A stretch of 51,990 bases of DNA from positions 1 to 51,990 of the forward strand of contig JYFJ02002929.1 in the NCBI GenBank assembly GCA_000934665.2, read 5' to 3'. The notes under the pieces are model-generated. The model was not told the DNA's origin and searched no databases. It saw only the letters and a program-made list of their open reading frames with translations. The position numbers and the translations under genes are program-made. Below are positions 37,131 to 47,015 of this stretch, piece after piece. Position 1 is the first letter of the stretch. Each line of letters opens with the position of its first letter. Origin of the DNA: Catajapyx aquilonaris. Its lineage: Eukaryota.

Positions 37131-39546
37131 TTATGAGGTAACGACCTCAGTCCCGCCATCAAATTCAAGTTTGACCCCTTCCCCAAGTCCCTCCACATCC
37201 ACTTCAGATTCAGGTGCATTAAGCATGTTGAGCGTGACTTCTGATGCTTTTCCAATCATGGCCTGTTGTTGCGTTGTAACGACAGTAGCAGGTGCTGCTG
37301 AAACCGCAGTTTGTACTGGTAATCCTGCATCTTCAAATGCCTTCTTCTTCAATGCTGTCCTTATCTGGGATCTGTAAATGATGATAAGGAATTTTTGAAC
37401 AGGTACACTCGAAGAGGACATGGAAAGAAATGGAGATGCTTGGAAACTTACACAGTCCTGGTCTTGATTCGCTCACTTATCTTGTTCAGATCATCCCCAA
37501 ATTTTCTGATGGACTGTCTCAGCATCTCAATTTCCTCCTCTGTCCACTTGGTCCTGAAGTGTAAATGGCAATCAGTCTCATGTGTATGACATGCGATATG
37601 AAACATGAAATACCTCAACTCTACAGTTGAATATCAGTTTCATTGAGTAGGTTTCACAATGTAATTGCTAACTTCCACATCTCTTTAGATATTAATGCCA
37701 AAAATTTTAGTATGGCATAAAGGATGTGTTCAATTAGTCATTTTAATAACTGCATTTCAGTTACACTGACAATTAACTCTTCTTACCCTCCTAAACTTTG
37801 AAATTTTTTGGATTTTCTAATTCTGCTTGGCCTATACAGTAGTGTTGTGCAAACATCCCCTGTGCTGCTAATTTTCATGTCAAAATACAAGCTTAATACA
37901 ATATTCTGAAGCCACAACACCTAGCAGCCAGTCGTGGGTCACAGGTCCCTGGTCGCCGCGACTTTAGCGCACTCTAGGGTGGCGCGAGCAAGTAGAATAT
38001 GACCTCACACACTTCGAAATCGATTTTGTGTAGCAATATATGAATCAAGTTTAATCAGTCATTTACATATCGCTGATATCAGTCGCGACGATCCGTGACC
38101 GGCGACCCGCCACCTGTGACCGGATTCAGGTGTTGTGTCTTTGGAATTTCGGTTTTTTGGCTTGTATTTTGACCCTGCTAACGTGAAAATTAGCAGCAGA
38201 AGTGATGTTTGCACAACACTATAGGTCAAGCAGAATTAGAAAATCCAAAATTTTCAAAATTTAAGAGGGTAAGAAGAGTTAGTTTGGTTGTGAGTCTCTA
38301 TCTGTATTTCCCATTGCCAGAGTAAGAAAAATGAAGAAACATCTCTGCATGATTCAAAAATGATCCAAAAGGCAATTTCGTGACATTGAGAAAGTAATGT
38401 GCTAATATCACTTAATATTTCATAAAAATCATTATCAGTGGTTTCTTTTGGCTAAGTCAGACAGGAATTATCTCGAACCATGAGAGGTCATACATTTATT
38501 GCTGGTTTAGTGCATAGCAAGCCAAATCCCTTGTGCAACATTTTTAGTGTAATGATTTAATACCGAAGCAGTTTGGAGGAGGGGACATGGTGTCCGACTG
38601 CTAATTGGGAGGTCTTGGGATCAAATCCCGGGGCCGGCAACTCTGACCGTGATTTTCTGTGGTTTCCCACGGTCCTTCCAGGAAAATTCCGGAGTTGCTT
38701 CTGTAATTAATAGGCCACAGCCGCTTCCTTCTGTCCCTATCCTATCCCAAAAGAACACAGTAAAATGAAAAGCAAAGAGTTCCAGGCAAAACAAACCCCC
38801 CCCCCCCCNAAAGAGCCGATGGCTGATAAGGGGGTATGAATTATTATTATAGCGTAATGATTTAATAAGTGAATGTAATTAATTTTAAAAATGCAGCAAC
38901 ATGAGTAATTAGTACAATAGAAAGTTCTCACACATGGACTTTGGTACCGATATTATTAATTTTTTCAGATGCCTCATGCCTTCCTGAGACATATTTACTC
39001 TTGTCGTGTAGCATAATACCATGAGAGCGATATCATCACCATGTACTTTTATACTGTGTGGCTAAGAAAATCAGGGGGTTTTGCCTGTACATGCCTATAC
39101 CAAACTCCAAGGTCCATGGAGATGCAACAATGTAAATCACTGCCTGACATGAATGTAAATAACCTGCCAATTTATTTAAATTAAGCCTCATTATTTCTGT
39201 GTAAATTAACCCAAATGAGGCAGTACTTGCGTTGTAATTGACTATAGCAAGCCCGCATTTTCACACCTCCAGCAAACAAGTGCAACCTTGCCGGACATAA
39301 CTACATCAAAAGCCTGCTGGAGACAACCTTCCAGCAGCCTGCCTCACAACGTTCATGCAGTGCTCTTGGACCATTTACCCCGAGGGCGAGTCAGCAGTGG
39401 GATGCAGCTGCATTGTCAGGTCACCCAGCTTGGAGAAGGCCGCTCCAGCCGCCGCGAAGATCTCCCCAACCTGCAACCAACAACCAGTCAAATCCTTATA
39501 CCCAAACATATCGCCAGTGAAGCCAAACCTTGCTGGCCGAATTCAT
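37131..39546 (-). CDS. BAP18: Chromatin complexes subunit BAP18 (C17orf49 ortholog; SANT/Myb-like domain), 4 exons, 150 aa
   Basis: Exons (minus) 39546-39529, 39470-39379, 37553-37452 and 37371-37131 are GT-AG bounded and sum to 453 nt. Protein: MNSASK-VGEIFAAAGAAFSKLGDLTMQLHPTADSPSG-TKWTEEEIEMLRQSIRKFGDDLNKISERIKTRTV-SQIRTALKKKAFEDAG..VTLNMLNAPESEVDVEGL. This closely resembles the recalled BAP18 sequence (VGEIFSAAGAAFTKLGELTMQLHP..KWTETEIEML). A minus-strand AATAAA lies at 37014-37019. Confidence 0.93.
37774..38281. mobile_element. ~510-bp long-TIR foldback MITE in BAP18 intron 2
   Basis: TAACTCTTCTTACCCTC..TTTTGGATTTTCTAATTCTGCTTG..GTGTTGTGCAAACATC..GTCAAAATACAAGC is mirrored by GCTTGTATTTTGAC..GATGTTTGCACAACAC..CAAGCAGAATTAGAAAATCCAAAA..GAGGGTAAGAAGAGTTA. 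The arms exceed 110 bp and the flanks are TTAA/TTAG, possibly piggyBac-type. Confidence 0.8.
38562..38748 (+). mobile_element. tRNA-derived SINE resembling Lm1/Talua-type insect SINEs, in BAP18 intron 2
   Basis: A decayed tRNA head with B-box-like GGGATCAAATCCC is followed by GATTTTCTGTGGTTTCCC..CCAGGAAAATTCCGG..TAGGCCACAGCCGCTTCCTT. This matches the recalled body of that SINE group; no search was run. Confidence 0.7.
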
Positions 39547-39871
39547 ATTTTGGCCCGTCCAAAGGTCATCAGTACCGCACAAAACAAAGCTAGCCCTAGA
39601 TATCACACGGCCACCCGACGCTTCATCAAACCAGCCAATCAGTGCTTGCGGACGGCTCCAAATGTGGCGCCGTGTAATACCCAATCCAGACGTGGACAAC
39701 CGATCGTGCCCTCTGACCTTGCACTTAGAGACATTCCGAGTGCGAGAAAAACAAATTGATTTATCTGCAAAAAATCGTAGATATGGTTGTTTTGAAGAGT
39801 GGTTGGTTGGAGAGTCCGAGTGACGACAGACAGCTGATCGGTTATAAATACAGGCGGGAGTCATGTGAAAG
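39547..39871. promoter_or_regulatory. Bidirectional promoter region shared by BAP18 and MFSD1
   Basis: The two ATGs diverge with only 325 bp between them. The interval is relatively CpG-rich and has a CCAAT box (AGCCAATCA, ~39633-39641) and GTCATGTGA at 39860-39868. Confidence 0.75.
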
Positions 39872-42800
39872 ATGGCTTCAGAGGAAGGCAGGAGTCTCCT
39901 TGCGGAGGAGCAGGTGGAACAGATCATGGGCAGCCCAGGGTACGACTCCGATGGAGGAGGAGGAGAGAAAACGGGAAGGGAACCGGAGGAGCTGACGGGA
40001 TGCGGGGCCTCGGCCTGCTGCGACCCCAGCAGGGCCGCCCATAGGTTCATCGCCCTGCTCTTCATGTGCTTCCTAGGATTTGGTGAGCATATGCTGCTGA
40101 GGGTGTTATGCAAAAATTAATCAGAGTGTTATGGAAGGGTTGAAGGAGGGTTACTCAATGGGTTATCATGGGGGTGAGGGACAAAGTTTGCGGAAGGGAG
40201 TGCGCCGACCTGGGAGTGGCAGGGGAGGGCGGAGGACGGGTGGCCAGGATGGGGTTTGGTCAAGTTCGGGGGTGCGGGGATGTGGACGGATGGGGTCACG
40301 GTGCGGAAAGGGCCCAGCATATGGTGGGGGGTCAGTGGATGCGGCTGGTGGATTCAAATGTTCCATCGTAATGAAGCTGTCGTGAACGCTATTGAGCCCG
40401 TGCAATAAACACATTGATTATGAAGGGGTTGTTCATTAAGCAATTTCTGGGACTTACAAGGCAAAATGTAAACACTGCAAGTGTCAAGGGGCATCCAGGG
40501 CAAGCCATGACCTCTGCCTGGTATGCGGGATAATTTTGTAACGTAACTGCGCTAATACATACATACTGTAATCGCAACAAACTGATTACAATTTGCAGCC
40601 CATTAAAATGTATGGAATAGACAGCATTCAAGTTGCGACACTGGACAATTTTTAAATTGATGTGTTGTCAAATTTAATCGCATGAATTTTAGTTTACAAA
40701 TTGTGATGACTTTAAAACAGGGAATAGAATTCCTTCTGTTTTGCAGGCGAAACTATTCAAACTATATTTGACAGGTGGGGATCAAACGAAGTAAAACAGG
40801 AATATGGGATTTGTCGCTGCAGAGTTGTATTAATCACAGTGTGTCATGCTATGCATTGCATCCTGCCGATGGGTGAACAATAAAATAAAACGACAAATTT
40901 CCATGCAGACGAGGTCATATTACAAATGTGTCACATTAAGTGCGGGATAAAGATATGGCAGGTAATGGACAGATTCTGCAGTGGACTGTGACAGATATGT
41001 ATACCATAAGCCTGCCACCCACTTGTTTTTGTTTTCCACCACCAGATAAAAGTCCAGCATGAGTCACAAGTCACAAGTGATTTATATGCATATAGAAAAA
41101 ATCTGGCTCTAGAAATGCACTCAGCTTTCACGTGCTTTCCTGTTTATAACCAGTGGGATAGGAGACAGACTTCCGCTCTCCTTTTTCCTCTTTGTGTCTC
41201 TCTCCATCTGTCTCACTTTTGAATCTTCTATATCCAGATAGCCATAGTTGCTTTGGCTTCTTCACAATAAATCCTAAACCCTATGACCAATATGAGGGAA
41301 ATTGAGGCGGTTATTTTAAATTGTGATGGTAAACAAATACTGATCACATGCAAATGTGAAAAAAGGGAATTATCACGACAGTGATATTGTTTTGAACGAG
41401 TGCATTCACCTCTTTCTTGCAAACTGAAAAGTCGAGAAAAATGTACAGTGGGCACTACGTAGCCATGGGTGATTGGAATCATGCCAGTGTTCTGCTTGCT
41501 CAAGTTAGTTACAAACTTTAAGATTAACCATCTGGAGTCATGTAATAGAATACAAGTGGCCCAAGGCACCTGATTTGAGATAATCTTTTCCTTATGCTGC
41601 TATCTGGAGATAAAATACATTTTGATAATTCACTTTGGGAAATACGGGCTTGCTTCACTGGTACAACAACAACTTTAATGACCATTAAACTTGTACCTTC
41701 CCAGGATCCTACTTTTGCTATGACAACCCAGGTGCACTTCAAGACCACTTCATTGATGACATGGCCATCTCTACCGCAGAGTACGCCAACCTGTACTCGT
41801 GGTATTCCTGGCCAAATGTGGTGTTATGCTTTATTGGAGGTTTCCTGATTGACAGGTGCGACTAGTCATCCACTTGACTGGCCATTGCTAATTTTTCTTC
41901 TTAACCTCGTAGGGTGTTCGGCATCAGGGTGGGCACCATCATCTTCTCTGGGTTTGTCCTTGTTGGCCAGCTGATTTTTGCATTAGGAGGGCTGGTGGAT
42001 CGCTTCTGGGTCATGGAAGCTGGACGATTTGTGTTTGGGTAAGCCAGTTGGATAGAAACTTACTAACATGTTGATGTGTCACGAGGAAATATTATGGAAT
42101 AGTAAAGCCCTAAATAAATATTAGCAACTTATTTGCGTGCAATTGAAAAAGCAAAGTCATGGCCTCCACACATGCACCCTTTGCACACAAACAGCCTCTT
42201 ATCAAGGTCAACTATTCACTCACTTGAGGTTGCATAAGACATAACATTCTTCACACTAGCTCACTCAGAGTGCCTTCCTGAGTACCTGTGCTGCGTTGGC
42301 AATTTACTTGTTGATGTTGACAGATTTAGCAATACTGATGAAAGAATTGAATAATTTATTAATAAATTCTTGTGACACTTGCCGTTAGCCGTTAGTATAA
42401 TATTACATTGAGTAATTCGATAATTTCTCGATTCAAATTTGTAGAATTGGAGGTGAATCTCTTGCTGTGGCCCAGAACACATATGCAGTGAGCTGGTTCA
42501 AAGGGAAGGAGCTAAACATGGTGTTTGGACTTCAACTCAGCTTCTCCAGGGTTGGCTCCACTGTCAACTTCTTGGTGATGGAGACTGTCTATGAATATGT
42601 CAACGAGACATACAAGGGCGCAACTTGCATGGGGATCGTCCTTATGATTGCTGCATCCACTTGCATCCTGTCTTTGGCCTGCGCACTCATTTTGGGATTT
42701 ATGGACCGTAGAGCTGAGCGGATTCTCAGGCGTGAGAAGCCGCACAATGAAGCTGTGCGCCTCACTGACATAAAGGACTTTCCATTGTCCTTCTGGCTAA

Positions 42801-45131
42801 TTAGCCTTATATGTGTGTCATATTATGTAGCCATCTTTCCATTTGTGGGACTAGGGAAGGTTTTCTTTGAGCGCAAGTTTGACTTTGCACCCAAGAGTGC
42901 AAACACAGTGAACAGCATCATTTACATCATTTCGGCAGTGGCCTCACCATTGCTTGGGTTTCTGGTAGATCGGACTGGACGTAACGTGTTCTGGCTGCTG
43001 GTGGCAGTGGTTGTCACTCTGGCAGGGCATGCCCTGCTTGCCTTCACCTACATCAATCCATACGTTGCTGTTGTAAGTTTCCTCCAATTGCTGGACATTG
43101 CACTGCATGTGGTGTGCATTTCAATCTTGACTCTCTTCACTTTTTGCCAGGTTGTTATGGGGTTGGCGTACTCCATGCTGGCCAGTGCCTTGTGGCCATT
43201 AGTGGCTCTTGTGGTTCCGGAACACCAGCTTGGTACTGCATATGGAATGTAAGTACATTTGTCTTTCTCCCGGTACACTCTGTATAATGGAAGCTCCCTT
43301 TTCTTTTGCAGAATGCAATCTGTACAGAATCTCGGCCTGGCCATCATCACAATGATTGCTGGGAGGATTGTGGATGACAAGGGTTACCTTGTGCTTGAGG
43401 TGTTCTTCCTTGCCTGGCTTTGTGGTAAGTGTGCAGCATTCTCCGTAATTGTTGAAATGGCACTGATTTGTATCATTTTGGGGCGTGGGTGGGGCGTGAG
43501 GCATAAAAATTATATTCACAGTAAAGGGGTTTCTTGACGTAGTTACACTTTGTAGTTGTATTGAAATCTCAGTAATTTCTGAAGTAGTAAAGAAATTTAA
43601 ATTAGAAAAAATCATCATGATAAAACCAGTTTTTGCAGACATGAGAACTGGGAATAAATGAAAATTGAAAATGATTGTAGAAATAATGGCCTCTCTGCCC
43701 CTGCCATGTATGACTTTTCTTGACCAGGGATTGTAAATGCTAAAGAAATAATGATCTTGCCCTCCTTTTAGTTTGCTTGGTGTCGAGTATCATATTGTGG
43801 CTAACAGATGAAAGCAAACACAGAGTTCTTAATTGTTCGGCAACTGAGCGCAATGCCGTCAAGCTGCATAAGGAGCTGGAGACATCCAAAGAGGTCCTAG
43901 TGGCAACCATAAGTGGGAACTAAATTAAAACTTGCCTTTTAAGATCTGGGGTTTGGACAGGTAAGGCTTAAGTGTACCGAGTCTTACCAAGTGCCTGGTG
44001 ACTTCCAATACCAATGTGACTGAATGGCGCCATTTCTGGAGGGAACACTGGGCTCTAGCCTCATGTGTTTCGTGTATGTGTCTGTGAATCCCACCTCCCC
44101 AAAACGATTTTCTGACTACTTTCAGTGTGTATGGTGTTCAGTGTCGGTTTGTGGGTGGTAGATCGCATTCGAGGGGGTTGTCTGAACATGTCTGCCGTGC
44201 AGCGCGACCAGTTCGAGCAGCATGCGTTCTTGTAAGTGATATTCCATGCTGCAGTCAGTGTATTAAGTTTTCTGTGTTTTATATTATTTTGCAGTTAGGA
44301 AGTCAGGCCCCTGCTCCCTAGGCTTGCCAACAGGGTTTGGGTTACGACTTTTTAAAGGTGCAATCCACAAAATGCTTGCAAGTGGCCTGTCATTATTTAT
44401 TGAATTTTTACATGGGTCAGCTACGGGTTGTCGTAACTGAAACAAGCCCACAATTAGAATTTATGCAGGCAAGTATGTTGTGTACGAACCTAGTCTGTGC
44501 TCGAATGACAATACACTTACTCTTGACATTCTTGTAGAAATTTTAAAAATTATAGAACTGTGATAAAGACTATCAGTGAAATGAATGGAACATGTCACAA
44601 AAATGCACACACGTTTTGAATATGAAGTGTTGAAAAATCCTTTTTCAATAAGAGTGGTTGGCAAGCCTATCCTTCCCCAGTTTTCTTCACCCCTTTTGAA
44701 ACAGATATGAAGCGAGCATGTCCTTTCAAGGGTGGAAGAGAACGTAGAGACGGATAGACCCTTTGCAGCTGGTGCCCTGCCTACTTCACCTCATTGGGCC
44801 CTCCCTTCGGACTTCATTATGCGCAATAGGTTCTTGTCACGTATTGGGGCCAATGTGAGTACACGCCATTGCTCTAAGCATGCGTCATGGGCAGAGGTAT
44901 ATGGGCACAGAACACGTGAGAATTCCATCAGTTGTGTGTGCTTCTTATTGTTGCTTCCTATTTATGTAATGCATTGTTTTATATAACTTTTTAAAATATA
45001 CTCTGTATAAAATGACATTATAACATGTTGATTACTGAAACAGACCCGATTGATTTCCCCGTCTCTTTCAGCTCCCTACCCACTATGATCCCACCACACG
45101 CGCACTGAGATTCCGTCCCCACCTGAGCTGA
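39872..45131 (+). CDS. MFSD1: Major facilitator superfamily domain-containing protein 1 (lysosomal dipeptide transporter), long isoform ~538 aa
   Basis: Exons 39872-40082, 41705-41855, 41913-42038, 42445-43072, 43151-43248, 43312-43424, 44126-44231 (7b), 44731-44854 and 45072-45131 sum to 1617 nt in frame with GT-AG junctions. Motifs: CDPSRAAHRFIALLFMCFLGFGSYFCYDNPGALQ, YSWPNVVLCFIGGFLIDRVFGIR, GRFVFGIGGESLAVAQNTYAVSWFKGKELNMVFGLQLS, QLGTAYGIMQSVQNLGLA. An N-terminal dileucine sorting motif (EGRSLL) is present. Confidence 0.93.
43772..43923 (+). CDS. MFSD1: Alternative terminal coding exon 7a of MFSD1 (short isoform ~492 aa)
   Basis: Acceptor 'ctccttttag' ends at 43771 and is phase 1, matching the exon 6 donor. 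It encodes VCLVSSIILWLTDESKHRVLNCSATERNAVKLHKELETSKEVLVATISGN*, which is colinear with exon 7b (12/27 identical residues). Confidence 0.75.
44319..44669. mobile_element. 351-bp hAT-like MITE in the MFSD1 intron between exons 7b and 8
   Basis: Perfect 13-bp TIRs TAGGCTTGCCAAC / GTTGGCAAGCCTA. The 8-bp flanks match only partly (CTGCTCCC / TCCTTCCC). Confidence 0.7.
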
Positions 45132-45294
45132 AACCTGCGGAGCTGCCCTTGTGGGGGGCTGCCCCGGGGTGCACTTCTTTCATCGCTACTGGGTGTCGTG
45201 CCATGTCCTCCCCCCACCTTATATTCCACTTCCCCCAGTTAAGGTCAGCACAGGTGTCGTGTGATAGGTGTGCATTCAATGTGATAAGTGTTAA

Positions 45295-45431
45295 CCCCTT
45301 AAATACTTATTGCAAAATTGCAGCTAGAAAGTGTAGGTGGCATTGCCATACAAAGTACCATGTTTAAATTCAAGTGTTGCCACCTTTTGAGAAGGCATGA
45401 AATTATAGATTTTTCCACAGTAATTAAGGGG
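45295..45431. mobile_element. Small piggyBac-like MITE remnant downstream of the MFSD1 stop codon
   Basis: TTAA|CCCCTTAAATACT ... AGTAATTAAGGGG|TTAC gives CCC-starting TIRs with TTAA-like flanks. Confidence 0.5.
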
Positions 45432-45861
45432 TTACAAAAATACAACAAGAACTAGGGCTTTTCCCCTGATGTTCTCAGGTAAAATTTGTGAAGGTACTAG
45501 TCTGTGTGTGCAAATGCATGCAATTTGAAGTGACGTACTGAAGCTACTCTGGAAATACGGTCATAACTCTCCCAATGACATTGGGCCAAGGTTGACATGA
45601 TACCAAGTTGTATAAACTTGCCACAGTGATAATATGCATATCAGTAAATTTTTGCTTGCTTGCAAAGTAGCAACACTTTTTGCATATGACATGTAGGACA
45701 CTAGTCCAGAGGTTGAAGGTTATCCATTAGGGTAAAGCGGAAGGGAAGGTTCACCCTTTCACTCGAATGTGTACAAAAGAAGTAACTTTTTTGAATGACG
45801 GTATTATTTATAAGATGTACTATTTTTATTATGTGTTCTGGTACCGTACTATACTGACTTT

Positions 45862-45937
45862 TGAACCCCACGGGTTGTGAATCCCAAATATCATGAATCC
45901 CACGTAAACGAATCCCAAATGTTGTGAATCCCAAATT
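45862..45937. repeat. Five-unit 15-16 bp minisatellite with GAATCCCA core
   Basis: tgaaccccacgggttg tgaatcccaaatatca tgaatcccacgtaaa cgaatcccaaatgttg tgaatcccaaatt. Confidence 0.75.
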
Positions 45938-46789
45938 GTTTAGTCATCAGATTCTGACATCTGTGAATGACATACCCTGCACTTAAATGTCAATGTCAGG
46001 CATTTCTGGCAAGTAGTATCAAGAACTGTGTAAAGGAAGACTATTATTGGGCAAGCGAGATGAGGTCAAGCAAATGTGAGCCCATATCATTTTTGAAGCC
46101 ATGTACTCATTTTAAAAAGTTTCTTTTTGTTGGTTATGTCTGTTGCACCATGTAAATGAAAAGCCGCTGTAAGTGGGAAAATCTTGCAACAAATATTCAC
46201 TGCTATGCGAGCTATAAAATGAAAAGTTGTCACTGCTTGTATGTAATTATGTCATCAATAACTTGTTGTAATGCTGACTGTACGTATTAGTGATTATAAA
46301 TTGGAGAAAAAACATGCTATTTGTTGTAGTGCATGTTGTAGACTGTCAGTTATGATTATTGTGTAACAACATCTGGAGGAAATTGTATTCATTTGTTGAC
46401 TTTTTCTCTGTTGTATTTGAATTAAGTGTTTGAAATGTTGTGCAGCAACAAAAAAAAAAAGGTGTGGCAGGTAATCACAGCGGATGGTGCAAACAAGAGA
46501 TACTCACCTGTGTAATGTAAATACATGTTGTTTGGCCACTGCCAGAAAGTCGTTTTAATTTAGGACAACCCTCTACACCTTTGAACCACCGTTTTTGTTG
46601 CTCAGGTGCCAAGTGGTGAATACGACTTCGTATGTTGCTTTCACCGAAGCGAGTGCTGCGCTAACAAGTTGCTACATAAAGTGTGGCTTTGACCCACTAG
46701 CAGGTCACAAGGCCCTTCCTGGTTATCCAAGTGGTTACCTATGAACTTTTTTATTTAAAAATAAATCAATTCTGTTAGAAAACCTGAGA

Positions 46790-47015
46790 AGCTGATTGGA
46801 TTTGGCGCCACGTGTCAGCTGCCACCTGGTGGCGGAGGTGGCTCAACTCCTTTCCGTGAATGAGTGGTAGGTCGTGGTTGGCATAACAGGTTGATCTTCG
46901 GTGTTTCCGTCTGGGTGTTTCTTTCGGTGTCCTTTTACCCCCGGTGGGTGATGGTTTGGTGGTAGAGGCAGGGTCATCGGATAGGGCAGTCAGAGGAGAG
47001 GGGCATCCGGAAGGG
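46790..47015 (+). promoter_or_regulatory. ALG9 promoter region with CCAAT, CREB3-like and CTCF-like motifs
   Basis: ATTGG at 46795-46799, GCCACGTGTCA at 46807-46817 and minus-strand CCACCAGGTGGCAG within 46816-46835, about 200 bp upstream of the ATG. Confidence 0.55.

Noticed and set aside
39368..39380. BAP18 exon 2 apparently continuing as 'GKW' (GGT AAA TGG) into the intron
   Set aside because: This is out of frame (the in-frame reading is GGG TAA). The true TKW lies in exon 3 at 37553, so the resemblance is probably chance.
39496..40113. 205-aa minus-strand ORF
   Set aside because: It is the antisense shadow of GC-rich MFSD1 exon 1 and the promoter. Only its MNSASK segment is real (BAP18 exon 1).
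44701..44730. Upstream acceptor at 44704 for MFSD1 exon 8
   Set aside because: From the 7b donor it leads to a stop within ~15 codons and loses the SDF..RNRFLSRIGA segment. The acceptor at 44730 keeps frame.
45862..45937. Repeat-spacer-like GAATCCCA array as a CRISPR
   Set aside because: The core is 8 bp with 7-8 bp spacers, there are no cas genes and the context is eukaryotic. It is a minisatellite or TE subterminal repeat.
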